From Selaginella moellendorffii (taxonomy: Eukaryota; Plantae; Lycopodiophyta): a stretch of 64,000 bases of DNA. How positions within the stretch are numbered: the first letter of the stretch is position 1; each line of letters begins with the position of its first letter. Position numbers and translations under genes: made by a program. Positions 39,608 through 52,766 of this stretch are shown piece by piece. The notes beneath the pieces were generated by a model. It was not told where the DNA came from and searched no databases. It worked only from the letters and a program-made list of their open reading frames with translations. The DNA is taken from positions 334,401 to 398,400 of the forward strand of contig NW_003314269.1 of the NCBI RefSeq assembly GCF_000143415.4, read 5' to 3'.

Positions 39608-40592
39608 CTAATTGATCACCCCGCAGTTTTTCCGGATTTCACCTTGAGAGCCTGTCTTTACCTTGAAGGCACTCAACTTGTCCATGACCGCCGCGAACTC
39701 AATGAGAAAGGCAGTGTTGTTGGAGGCAAACGAGTCCACGACTTTCTTAGTGTTCGGGTCGGTGTATAGCACTTGATCAGAGCGGAGAAGGCCCTTTTTG
39801 CTCTGGAGGTTTTGGTAGAAGACATTGTCAAACGTGGTGGAAGTGGTGGTGTCGAGATTGGCAACGACAGTCGGGTCCAGATTCCTTTGGGGACATGTAC
39901 CTCTGAGACCCCTGGCGTAACCGGTATCCATGGTTGGATCAATTCTGCCATAAATCCGGTCCATGAACTTGTTGCAGTGAGCGAAACCAGCACTGTGGCC
40001 TCCTGCTCAGTGGAGGAAAATTGGTCAGGGAAACAAGGAGGAACAGGAAAATCAGGAACAGGCATGATCGAAGATTCGTAACACGGGACAGGGGAATTTA
40101 ACAGGGTCACAGGGGCGGTTTTCAAAAACTTACCGGACAAGACGACCAATTCTCTTTGGCTGAATCCTCGAGTTTTAAAGAATGAAGTGAGCTGAGCAAC
40201 TGACATGTTTACGTTCGGCAAATTCCCGGGAACTCTCGAAGCTAGTGACACTCTGCCGTCTTTTCTTCCAAGCCTTACATCCCAGCCGCGTCCTCCAATC
40301 TTTGAAGCACAGGGGAAAGTGTCAGTGAGGCGATGCCGGTATACTTATCGATTGATGCTTACGAGCTGGAGAAGTTCNNNNNNNNNNNNNNNNNNNNNNN
40401 NNNNNNNNNNNNNNNNNNNNNNNNNNNNNNNNNNNNNNNNNNNNNNNNNNNNNNNNNNNNNNNNNNNNNNNNNNNNNCTCTCGGGCAGGATTTGGAGTAG
40501 AAAGTGGTGGAGAGCTGGGCTTGGCACAGATCAACCATTATCACGGCGACAAGCATCAAGACCAGGCAAGTAGATCCTTTGATTCTCTCCAT
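39608..40592 (-). CDS. Class III secretory peroxidase (middle hidden by gap)
   Basis: Signal peptide + QLSTTFYSKSCP; GRKDG; LVVLSG/GHSAGFAHC; LDTTTSTTFDNVFYQNL..KKGLLRSDQ; GEIRKNC. Confidence 0.92.
40378..40477. other. Assembly gap (100 N)
   Basis: N run of placeholder length inside the peroxidase gene. Confidence 1.
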
Positions 40593-41399
40593 TTTCTCCC
40601 GATTGACCACGCAACAGGAGCGTCGAAGAAAGGATGATGATCGCAAAACTGTAAGTTCCTGCGCTCCCGGGAACAAGTCAAGCTCAGCGTCGCTTATATG
40701 CTCCAGGAAAGCGACCAAAGTAAAAAAGGAACTACGTGAGCGATCCAAGTTGGATGGACCGTTTGCACAATTAAAGAGACGCCGGTATCTCCCTTAAGAA
40801 GCGCAAGTAAGTCGGCATTGCAAGCTTTGCTATTGATGCGATTTTATATATATCCGCAGGGCCTCTCATGCACGTCGTGAGCAATTTTGAATCAAAAGCT
40901 TTGGCTGTAGAAAAAGAGCCGTCGTTTTCAGTCGTGAGAGCACAAGATTGAAGAGGATTCTGTTCTCTCGAGGAACCCCTCATTTCTTGTGTAGTAAAAT
41001 AAATGAGGGGCTGCGTGGCTTCTTCCAATGTCAAACTTATGCCAGGCTGGGAACTTGTTTCTCAATGTTATCATGCACAAACGTGTAGTAGTTTCTTATT
41101 TGTTTTTTTTTTTCCTACAAATTTTTAAATAGGATGAATTTCACTTTTTAAGGAATATGTATCTAAGGTGGTAGTGGGTATGGTTGGCCGTCATATATTT
41201 CCAGTGGTAAGTGTCCCATACCTGAAAATTCAGATAGACACCTTAAAAACTTCTAGCATTTCAAAACTCTTTGATATATGTTATGATATTGGTATAATAG
41301 ACCCTGTTGAGATGATAGAATGCCGTGCTTGTGCTTGTTCTTGTACTTGCTCACTACAAAATCATAATATTATAGAAAATAACAATCTAAATAGATAAC

Positions 41400-42939
41400 T
41401 TACATAAAATCAATTGATGATTGTTGTGATGATGGTTCTTGTAATTCAATATTTTGTTGACTCTCTTGAACACTTGAAATCTGCTTCAAATATTTATGAT
41501 GTTGTGATTGTCCCCATATTAACATATAAAGACCAAGTATTACAATAATACCTCCTAATATACTGTAACAAATTTAAGTTTAGAAAGTTAAAATCATTAT
41601 TTACCTTCCCATATAAAGTGTTTCTTTAAGGAAAAAAAATCCAAGTATTGCTGTTATTGTTGTTTCTAATGGTTGATAAGTAGATACAATAACAGGTCCT
41701 CCTTGATGTATTGCCCATGATTGAACCCCAGAAACAAAACCTGATGCTATAAATCCCTAAAAACATAAATAAAATATATGTAAATAAAATATAATAATAA
41801 GAAAATCTTACCGAATAAAAAATACTAATAATTTCAGATTTTGTAATTTTCCATTTTGAGTTTTCGGGTTCAAATAGGAAAAACAATGATGAAAATTGTG
41901 TTGTGCTGAATAAACACATAAATGCAGCACAAGATATTGGAGCTTCAAATTTCAATAAAAGTTTTGCCTGTAGTAATAGATAATAATTAGAATATAAATT
42001 TTTTTTAAAACTACTTACCTGAAAAATCAAAAATACTGAAAATGCTAAACATGAAAGTATTAAATAAATAGAGCCAATAGTTTTTGCAGGTACCATATCA
42101 TCCAGCAAACCAATAAACTGAATATGTACTTGTTTATAAAATCCCTTATCTCCTTTCTCCTTCACATTTGGAAATTTAAATGTGCTTTGAATAACAATAG
42201 GACCTCTATAGACTGACAGAAAAATAGATCCCAAAATCCCAAGCAAACACCCAATAACCTTTGCCACACCATCAACTCTTTTAAGTCTTACAACTTCCAA
42301 CCTATAATACAATGTAAACTTCGGCACCAAAGTAACTTGGAATTAAAAACATTACCCACCGGAAAATCCATGCAAGTATAAATGTGAGAACTGGTGTTGT
42401 ATTCCTCATTGCTGATGCAAAAACAGGAGAGGTGTACTCCAGTCCAGCAAGATAAAGGACTTGGTTGAGTGTAACCCTGTAACCATTCAGAAATTATAAA
42501 GTCAATTAGGCTTAGAATCTTCCCTGCAAAGCCTACCCGGCCAAACTTAAGAAAAAGAGGTTGATTGTCACTACCAAAGTGAGCGTTCTCCATTTCCTAC
42601 ATTCACAGGATGGTTTTGAAATCGATACATAGAAACCATACCTGCGCTCGAAGAGGTAAGCACCAATCGCAAGAACTACCGTTGCAACACAATTTCTATA
42701 GAACGAGAATGCAAACTTTCCGGCACCTTGATCCAAAGTGATTCGGGACAAAATCTCGAAACCAGCAAAGCCCGCTTGAGCAAGAATCAACGCGCAATGC
42801 AATCTTGCCTGGAACAAACAGAGGAATTGGCGAATCAACGGGCGAGATTGTGTAGCAATACCGATTTCCAGGAGATTGAATTGCATCTCAAACAATTCTT
42901 CGAGGATGGTGGTGGCGAACGATTTCCTCCCAAATCCAT
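41400..42939 (-). CDS. WAT1-related/UMAMIT (MtN21, EamA) transporter, copy 1; 3' end uncertain
   Basis: ARLHCALILAQAGFAGFEILSR...YRNCVA; KVIGCLLGILGSIFLSVYRGP; GPVIVSTYQPLET; multi-exon. Confidence 0.85.
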
Positions 42940-44574
42940 AGGATCTTTTGTTGCATGCAGACAGGCAGTAAAGGGGTTTCCTCTTTGTTTTTTAATTATA
43001 GCTAAAGGTGGTATTTATAGATTTCCATTTTAATTCACATTTCTATCCAATATAATGGGTGGTAGAAGCCGCCGCACGGACGGCACAGATCACCTGAGGC
43101 ATTAGAAACAATCGCATCGCCGGTACTTTGTTTTTCTCAAAGATTGCCTGTGTACCAGGAGAAAACTCCGGCAAACGAAGAGCTATATATTTGGTTTTAG
43201 GCTGCAATTTCCTGCTCGACAAATTCATGTTTCCATGGAGAGATCCAAGTTCTCATTGGAGTAGTGTATTCTCGAGGTTACTAGCTTCAGGGTCTTGTGT
43301 TCCAGTTTCTCTCGATCGGGATCGAGCGCTCGTTTTTCTACCTGAGGCTGGCTCGTTTTCCATCTTCCCAAAAGGTATCGGAGGTATTTCATACTGGTGG
43401 AGGATGGGTTCTGATCGTTTCGTGCTCAGCTTAATGCTCATAGTTCACCTCCGGAGAACCAATCTTCCTACTCGTTCAAGATGTCCAACTGTTTCACAAG
43501 CAAAGAGCAAAGGACGCGAAAAGACTTGAACAAAAATGGCTTTGGCACAAAGCTGCGGCTGTGCGAGGAGGTCGTGCAAGCTTATAAGTGCTTTTCTAGT
43601 TCCCGGTTCCAAAAGGCATCTGGAATGTTGTGGTCAGGGCTCTCGATCATAAATCGGAATTTCTTCCAGCCTGCTCAGCAAGTACAAAGAAATTCACAGC
43701 GACGTTGGTTGCCGGGTTCCAAGTTCCAAGTGGCTAGTAGTTTTACATTCAGTTTATTTTTGCCATTGAAATGCACTTTAGAAATGTTTCAATTAAATGT
43801 CTGCAAGAGGAAATCAAAGCACAAATGCTATATGCTATGCTGCCTCTCTCACAATGGATGACTGCTGCCAAAGAACATGTCCTTTGGCCAGGCTGATTCT
43901 GAGCTTTCGCAAAGAACATATAGCGAGTGCTTCTAATTCATCTGGCTTCTTGGAGCTGGAATGTCATAGCATTAGAAAGTGAGAGCTCAAAACCTCATAC
44001 AGGCAGGAGATTAAAATCATATCAACATCAAACCAACAATTTTCTCCCAAATCATAAGATCTGCAACAAAATCAAGATTTTGTTGCATAGTAGTTTCATT
44101 TTTAATTATCACTAATAGAATTGGCGGCGGGAAAGCTCTCCCGCTGCAATTCAAAGAGAAGCGCGCCCCCACGGACGGCGCGGATCGCCTGCCACTGAAA
44201 CCGACGGTCCTGCGCGTGGCACGTGGCAGGAACAAATTTCCCTCGCTTAGTTTGAAGCCCTCTAAAACCTCCTCCTCGCCCCCATCCCAGGTAGGGTTCT
44301 TCGTCTCCTGGGCGGGCGATTCTTGCTCGCGCATTGGAATCCTCCCCGGCCCGTAGGGTCAGAGGCGCATCGCGCGAGAGAGGTAGCTGGATTGCTTCTC
44401 TTTTGCTTATCTCGTTGCTTGTTTTCCCCTAAAATCATGGTCCTGTCCACGATCACAGCCTGAGTCCGTGGCGCTCGCCTCTCCATTCCGTTAGTCGTTC
44501 CAAATCCAAGGCTCTCCCCGGTTGTGTCAGTCAGTGTGCTTTCTCCTGGTTCCACAAAGAGCGAGAGATAGAGG

Positions 44575-45923
44575 ATGAGGATTGCCTTGGGTGAGTCTGA
44601 CAGGAAGCGCGCGGCAGCATCGAGTCCCAATGCCAGCCCCGCCGCCGCGCGATCGCGTCCTCGCAGGCCGGATTCTTTGCTCTCTCTCAGCAGCAGCAAG
44701 CTCTCAGACAAGGAGAACTGCGTCGGCGGCGGCCCGCCCAGGACCCGCGCCTCGCTCTTCCATCGCCCAAACGACGAATTCGTGTGCGTGGAGCTCCCGG
44801 TGGATCAGAGCTACGCCAACAAGAGGCTGCGAGGGATCGCATCGTCGGAGGTGAGTAGCAAGGCGAGGAGCCAGGCGCCGAGGAAGAGCCGCCACAACTA
44901 TCTCAAGCCTGGGACGCTGGCAAAGGTGAGGGACGCGGCGCACAAGGCTGGACGTAAGAGGGTGGCGGAGGGCGATGGCATCCACGCCGCCGAGCGCTCC
45001 ACTCGCTTCTTCGATGGGGGAGTCCGCCATGCAAGCGCCTCGCCCGAGAGAGTTCCTCACGCCGGGATAGCTCCCAGATGGCTGGGACCGGCTTGCCTCC
45101 AGAGGAAGAAGCTCCTGGCTCCAAAGTTCCTGGCCTTGCCACCGCTCCAGCCGGCGGCCGCCAACGAAGCTGTTCCAATGGTGGTGGAAGAAGTTCCAGC
45201 ACCAGCCGCTCGGAGTAGTAATGAAGAACAGTCCCGGGACGCTGGGACTGGAACTGCGCAGCCGAGCAGCTCTTCGTCATCGGTGGAAACTCTTCCGCCC
45301 GAGTTGCTGGTAAGTTACAAAATGTTTTTTTTGTTTTGTTTGTCATCACGCTTTTGTTTCCATCAGGTCCGGATCGTTTGTCGTCTCGATCACAACCAGC
45401 TCAAGCCCGTGTTCCACGTCTGCCGATCGCTCCGCCAGGCGGTACGTAACTGTTGCTTTTCTTTGCACGAAAGCTAATGATTTTCTTTCCTCCAATTCTC
45501 GTGGTTTTTCCAGGTAATGATCGCGAAACAGTGTCATTTTAATTTCACCACACCTGGCAAAGACCATAAGACGGTTTCGGATGCGAAACTGGGCCAGGCC
45601 CTGCCATTTTTGAAGTAAGTCATGATCGAGAATACAAAAACTCTGAGAAACTCACTTCTCGTCACCACCTTTCTTTCTTCAGCGAATTCGCAGCTGTTGG
45701 CATCTCTACGACGCCAAACGCTCCAAAGCATGCCGAGAAAGCCCCCAAGCCGAGGTACTCCATGGCCGACATGAGGCAAATCGCTGCCACGCTCTTCCAA
45801 GGCTCGCAGTCCCAACCGCTTCCTCCGAACGTAAGGGTCCCGATGACGCGAGCGGGGGCATCGCACAGGGTGCTCTTCAACGAGGAAGAGCTATGCAAGG
45901 CCATCGCCCAGAATACGCTCTAA
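44575..45923 (+). CDS. F-box protein of the FBS/SKIP27-like family
   Basis: YLKPGTLAKVRD, CLQRKKL, VETLPPELLVRIVCRLDHNQLKPVFHVCR, HFNFTTP, TPNAPKH; 4 exons. Confidence 0.85.
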
Positions 45924-46080
45924 GAAAGTTCTTCTTCTCCGGTCTGTACAATATAATCCTTTGGATCGAATTTAATTCTTGTTGACAAAACTTTGGCTGG
46001 CTGTGTTGTTTCTATATCTGCATCAATCATATCCAAGTTATAGAACTTACAAGGAAAAGGATGTGACTCTAAAGTACCGT

Positions 46081-47846
46081 CTATCGTCCTTGCGAGAATG
46101 GTCGCTCGCGATGGCTTACATTTTCTTCTTCAGCTTCTTGGAACGCATTGTTTACTGTGTACACTCTCCACTTGTTGGAGTTTTCGAGTATGTCGGCCAC
46201 TGTCACTGCTGGTGTGATCTCCGCAAGAGCTGGTTGATCTTGACGCGAGAGTGTGGTCAGCGGCGGCTCCGGGAAAACCTTCCGCGAGCTATTGTTTGAG
46301 GCGTCGAATGATCTTGTTATTGAGAAGGGCGCGTTGTCTGGAAATACCTTGCTGCTTGAGCTGTGCATGTCGAAGGTTCTCGTTATCGAGAATGGTAAGT
46401 TGCTTTGATCGGAAGCAACGAGCTGGTGCTCCTTTTCTTGGCCCCAGATGAGGAGATAGAGGCCGGTCACTACGACTAGCGCACCAATAAGGCTGGAAGA
46501 AGAGAAAGATTTTAGGCTTGGCAGCAAATCTCTAGCAAAGCCTCTGACCTTCCAAGGTGCAAGCTCTCTCGTAGAAAAATCAAGCCGAGAAACGCTGTTA
46601 TGACTGTTTCTAGAGGCTGATAGGCAGCTACCACCACCGGGCCTCCTCGATGAACTCCCCACGACTGAACAGCGGACACAAAGCCTGATGCTATAGCACC
46701 CTGAAAGGAAACCAAGGACAAAAAGTTACGAGAATCACTAAGATAAAGATTCCAAGGACATACCGCATAACCGATGCTCAAAGCTTCACTTGAAGAGATT
46801 CTTTTCCAGCTCGACCAGTGCTCCGGCTCAAACACCAAGGCCAGCAGTGGGAACTGCACCAGGCTTGATAAGCAGCAAAAACTAGCGAAGGTAATGGGAG
46901 CAGGATTTTTGGCGAGGACAGAAACCTGAACGTAAGAGTTTCCGTCACTAAGGGTTAACTAAGAAAAACTGTCGCTTACCTGGAGGATGAGAAAACTAGA
47001 GAACGACAGACAAGAGCCGATCAAGCACACTGCTCCGAGTGTCCAGGATGCCATCTCCACCCGGATGAACTTCAGAAACTGTATATATTGTTTCTTTGTC
47101 ACATCTATCGCTCGAAAGTGTTGTGAGCCATCGACATGAAACAAGGACAAAGAACTTCGGATCAACACTGGCCCCCTGTAAACCGAGAGTAAAACAGAAC
47201 CGCACACGCCAAGAGAACAGCCGAGAAGCTTAGCCTGGCCGTGTCTCGTTCTTAGATTCAGTTTCTCCTTCCTAGAAAGAAAAAACCAGTTAATCAGCAA
47301 TTTTCTCTCGAAAGGCTGCAACATTACCGTGAAACCAAAGCCAGCAAGAAGGTGAAAACTGGAATGCAATTTCTCAATGCCGACGCAAAGACTGCCGATG
47401 TATAGCTAAGTCCCGTCAAGTACAACAGCTGATTGATAGTGACCCTGTTGAAAAATCCAAGTAAAGATAACAAATCGTCAAGGTGATGAAAGTTACCGAC
47501 CCTATCAATCCAAGCATGAAGACCTTGAGCCCAGCCGCCAGCGTTAAAGGCACAAGTTTCTTCCTGCACAAAGTGTTAGCTAGCACGCAGAGAAAGGCAA
47601 AGCTTTTTCTGCCAACCTTTCCAGGAGCAAAGACGCAATCGCCAACACCACGAAAGCCACGCAGTTTCTGTAGAAGCTGAAGGAAAACTTGCCAGCTCCA
47701 CGGTCCAGCGCTAGCCTCGACAGGATCTCGAAGCCAGAGAATGCTGCTTGCACCGCTATGAGAGCAAAATGCAGCCTGAAGTTCCTTCTACCCGAATCGG
47801 CATCACGCTTGCCTCCTTCGGCACCATCTATCCTCTCCTCTCCCAT
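46081..47846 (-). CDS. WAT1-related/UMAMIT transporter, copy 2
   Basis: LHFALIAVQAAFSGFEILSR; INQLLYLTGLSYTSAVFASA; GPVVVAAYQPLET; GLYLLIWGQEKE. Confidence 0.9.
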
Positions 47847-48363
47847 GGCACCGAATTCCTGGCGAGCGCTATTTGCATGCTACAATGACAAATTTTGCCT
47901 CTAGTGATGTCGAAAGTCAGTGATCCAACCGAGGTTGCGTGAAGTAGCAACACGACAGACGAACTCCAAAGCCTTGGCCTTGTGCCGAGGCAGTGCTTAA
48001 CGGCCTGTGTCTGTACCACTGTTCCGGAGCACACACTACTGTCATATGTCATCACACTCTACTTGTATCCCGTGCACATCATACAGCACTGTCTTGTCCT
48101 GCTTCCTACTCTTATCATCTTCTAGCAGAACCCCCCAGAACACTCCTCAAGAAGCCCCCTGTCATACGCTTGAGATGGCTGCCTTGTCATGCTTACTTTC
48201 CCCGGAAAGACGAGAGGCATTCTTTATCACCTGGAGTGTTGTGGCTCATCATCATTGAAGCATGAGCACCAACCTGACGAACCAAATTGCCGTACTACTA
48301 TAGAGTATGAACCACCGCTCCACCTACCTATAATTAATGCAAATCCTGCCTTTGAGCGTCTAG

Positions 48364-49908
48364 CTATTTCGACTTTTTGGTCGCTCTTTTGGTTGCCTTT
48401 GCACCGCTGCGCTTAGCAGGCTTCTTGGCTGTCTGCATAGAGAAAACGTTGTTTACGCATAGCATAACAAAGTCATAATCGTACCTTTGGCTTGTTGTCT
48501 TTCGGTTTTGCCGCTCTCTTCACGATTTTGGAAGCCTGTAAGGAAGTGCATGAGTGGATGTTGAATCGTACAAAATTACTCACCTTGCCAGTCTTTTCCT
48601 TTGTATCGGCTTCCTCTTTTTTAAGTGCTGCAGCAGAAGCTGCTGCAACATCCATGCCCTCATCTTCTGAGTCGAAGGTCATTCCTTCCAAGGTACCTGG
48701 GCAATTCAAGAAACATGACTTGATACTTTTCTTCAAAACTGACGATTACCTTCAATCATATTTTCAGCAATTTTGTTGCCTGCATCGGGCAGCAACTGCA
48801 CAAAGTCGTTCATTAAGGCTTCTACCTGTAATAAAAAGACATCTAGTTATACAGATGCAGGAAAATTGTATGTGATACCTTTGCTTCAGAAGGCCCGATG
48901 TTAACCTGAAAGATGTGTTGTTAAAGGCGTAAACGTGGGAAAGTGTCTGTACCAAAAAGAACGTGTTCGATGCAACAATGTTGGTCCTGTAAATAGTGCC
49001 TGCAAAGAAGCTTTTCGTTGTGTCAGCTCTTAAATTAGACACACCTTGCTTACCTTTGAGATCAAGAAAAACTTTCGAGTTGTCCGTTTCACAGACGGAA
49101 ACTCGTCCCACTGCTCCAATGTCCCCGCTCACGTCCAGGGCGTCTCCTTCACATTCTAGAAGCACCTGCAACTCTAACATACATTAGCTGCGTAGACGAA
49201 AACAATGCTTACGTACCTTACTCCGTGAAATCTTCTCGGGAAAGACAAGGGGCAATGAGGAAGCCATCTATAAAACATGAAGAGATGAACTTCTGTCCCG
49301 ATAAGAAGGAAAAACCATACCTTTGGTTTAGTTTTTTTGTTACTGCTCTCAGGCTTGTGTGAGTCGTCGGCAGCTAGCTCTTCCCCATTTTCCTCCTTCT
49401 TGTGACATGACTCATCCTCTTCTCTCTAAAAAAACTTTCTTCTGATGAAAAAAATGAAGAACATCAGTCCATACCTCTTCTGTCGCGGCATCTTCACATA
49501 TTTCTAGCTTATGCTCGTCTTCGTCGGAATCGGAAAGCTCAACTCTTTTCCTCTTAGATCCATTAACTATGTCCCGTTTGTGACATGACTCGTCCTCTTC
49601 TTTCTGAAAAACTTTCTCTTGATGAAAAAAAGACGAACAACATCAGTCCGTACCTCTTCTGTCGCGGCATCTTCACATATTTCTTGTTCGTCTTCGTCGG
49701 AATCGGAAAGCGCAACTCTTTTCCTCTTAGATCCATTCCCAATCTCTCGTTCCGGCGATGGAGAAGGAGAAGGAGATAGAACGATCGTATCGGGACCCTG
49801 AAACAAAGAATCACTAAGAACGCCTTGCGCACAGCTCGCGCATACCTGATAATCTTGTAGCCACTTGGGCGACGCGGCCGCCGCCTCCTCACCGAGCTCC
49901 TCCGCCAT
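48364..49908 (-). CDS. BIN4: DNA-binding protein BIN4/MIDGET (topoisomerase VI complex)
   Basis: SPKWLQDYQ N-terminus; LPLVFPEKISRSKVLLECEGDALDVSGDIGAVGRV; LDLKGTIY; VEALMNDFVQL; GTLEGMTFDSEDE; Lys-rich tail. The start may be a further-upstream ATG near 50005. Confidence 0.85.
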
Positions 49909-50121
49909 TAGGGCTTTCACCAGGCAAAATTCCCGCGCTCTTTTGGCGCAAGCGTCTACGGCTCGATTCTCTTCCGCGGACAGTCTATCTGAGCCGTTGG
50001 ACATGGACTCGCATCGCACGACTCCTAGAGCTAGAATCTATGTCACACTCGAGGCTCCGGATTCGAATGCTGGCCGGGGGAAGCGGTGAAATCCACGCCT
50101 GATCCAATCCAGCCGCTAGGT

Positions 50122-52687
50122 ATGAGCATTCCATCCCCTCCAAAGCAGCGCAGCGCCGGTGGACGGCAATGGAAGCTCCTGGATATGGTGATGGTGTTCT
50201 TGTTCGCTGGGGTTTTCATCTTCTTCCTCCTCCTCTTCACTCCCCTGGGGGATTCCATGGCGGCATCAGGTCTAAAGTCTCTCGATTCGCCTCTGGCGAT
50301 GGAGATTCGTCCCAGCGGCAGGCAGAGGCTCGTCAAGCTGATTGAGAAGGGCCAGCGAGTGGAATTGTGCGCTCCTGGCCTGGCGGATTACATGCCTTGC
50401 CAGGATCCAAAGAGGTCCTCGCAGATCAGCCGGGAGAGAAATCGCTACAGGGAGAGGCATTGTCCGCCAGAGAATGAGAGGCTTCTTTGTCGCATTCCAT
50501 CGCCTCGGGGTTATAAGGTACCAGTTCCATGGCCAGATAGCTTAAATAAGGTACTACTCCAATCAACTCCTTTGTTTTACCTTTCTATCCTTCTTCCATG
50601 CATGGATAGATCCAGGTGGTTTTGTTTGTTCTTCCTGTTTGTATAGTATGATCTTGTAAGTTCTTCGTGTAGTTTTTTTTCTGTGTTTAGAGATCATGCT
50701 TTCGCTTTGCATCTCTACGAAAATTCTTTCGTGAAAGCCAGTTTCTATAAAAAAAAATCTTGTGTCCCAATTCCTTGCAAGTTCTCATTGATTTTGCATT
50801 TGCTGACGCTTCTAAAGATCCAGGTGTTTTTATTTGTTCTTCATGGAATGATCTTGTACGTTGGGTGGAGTTCTTCGTGTTTCGCACTGCAAGTTTACGT
50901 AAAACCCTTTCTTTAAAGCCAGTTTCAAGAGCATTTTTCTTGTGTTTCAAGACGTTTTCATCTTTGCTCCTTGGAAGTTCGCATTGATTTTACATTGCTT
51001 AACGCTTCTAAAGTCTTTCACGTCTTGAATCAAGGTGTGGTACAGCAACATGCCTTACGGGAAAATCGCTGAAAGAAAAGGCCATCAAGGCTGGATGAAG
51101 AAGGAGGGCGAGTATTTTATCTTCCCAGGTGGCGGCACAATGTTTCCAGAGGGTGCCTGGCAGTACATTGAGAAGCTGGAGCAGTACATCCCTCTGAGTG
51201 ACGGACAGATTCGAACAGCACTGGACGCCGGCTGTGGAGTGAGTAGTAGCAGAAGTTTACGCCATTTCTAAATGCATCGATGTTCTTCTTTGCCAGGTTG
51301 CGAGCTTTGGTGCTTACATGCTTCGCAAGGACGTGCTTACAATGTCTTTTGCTCCGAGAGACTCACACAAAGCACAGATCCAGTTTGCTTTAGAACGAGG
51401 AATTCCTGCCTTCGTTGCAATGCTGGGAACTCAAAAGCTACCTTTTCCTGCGTTCTCCTACGATTTGGTGCATTGCTCTCGCTGCTTGATCCACTTCAGC
51501 GCCTACAGTAAGACACTTGCTTCATTTTTCCATCTGATAATGGTGGTGCGTTTTTTTTGGTTTCTAGATGGATCTTACATGATCGAGATGGATCGCCTCT
51601 TGCGACCTGGTGGTTTTTTCGTGCTGTCTGGACCTCCAGTCGGCTGGAAAAAGCAAGAGGCAGAATGGCAGGAGCTTCAAGAGCTGATCGAGAGGATGTG
51701 TTACACGCAGGTGGCTGTAGAAAACAACATAGCAATCTGGCAAAAAGCACTCAACCATACGTGTTACGTGGACCGAGAAGACGAAGAACCGGCACTCTGT
51801 GACACAGACCACGATCCAAATGCCGCATGGTGAGAGCTTTTTCTTGACAATTCATGGTAAAGCTTGACATGAACTACTTGTCTTGTTTTTTTCACTCCGC
51901 AGGTATTCTCCTTTAGACAAGTGTTTGTCGAGACTCCCCGACTCGAGACCAAGCGATTCGCGAGCCGGTGGAAAGCTTCCGGAGTGGCCGAAGCGATTGC
52001 AGGAGACGCCAAGAAGGTTTCACAGGTTTGGAGAGGCCAGCGTCTTCGAGAGAGACTCGCGAAGGTGGAGCCAGCGAGTTAAACACTACAAGGAAGTGGT
52101 GCTGCTCAAGCTTGGCTCTCCTCGCTACAGGAACATCTTAGACATGAATGCGGGCTATGGAGGCTTTGCTGCTGCTCTTTACCACGATCCGGTGTGGGTC
52201 ATGAACGTCGTTCCAGTCACTGCTCCGAACACTCTACCCGTGATCTTCGACAGAGGTCTCATTGGAGTTCTACACGACTGGTACGCGATCCTCAGCTAAG
52301 TTTTCTCTTTCTCATTTACTTCCTCGCAGGTGTGAAGCATTCTCGACGTATCCACGAACTTACGACTTCATTCACGTCTCAAACATGCAATCTTTCACAA
52401 CACAAGCGTCTACGAGGTGAAGAAACGTTTTTTCGTTTTTTCTGCGCTTCCTGGATCTCAATTTTTCTTTCCTGGATTTCAGCTGTAGCTTGGTGGACGT
52501 GATGCTGGAGATGGATCGAATTCTCCGGCCACAAGGCACAATTCTCGTCCGCGACACGACCAAGATGGTGGAAAAGATTTCCAAGATCGCATACGCATTG
52601 CAGTGGACGACCGAGGTTTTAACCACGGAAGGAGGAGTTCTCGGCAAAGAGAGGCTCTTCGTCGCCACAAAGCCATTTCACACATAG
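50122..52687 (+). CDS. PMT13: Putative pectin methyltransferase PMT13/QUA3-like (DUF248)
   Basis: RQWKLLD...LLFTPLGDSMAASG; YMPCQDP..RERHCP; LDAGCGVASFG; RNILDMNAGYGGFAAAL; EMDRILRPQG. Confidence 0.92.
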
Positions 52688-52766
52688 CCAATGTACCATA
52701 GGCCAATTTTGTATTTAATGGGAGAATATTACACAGCATCTCTAGTAGGGCCTAGGTTTTCTAGCG

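Noticed and set aside
43380-43700. Possible PPR remnant (MGSDRFVLSL, WNVVVRAL)
   Set aside because: Similarity too weak and fragmented to support.
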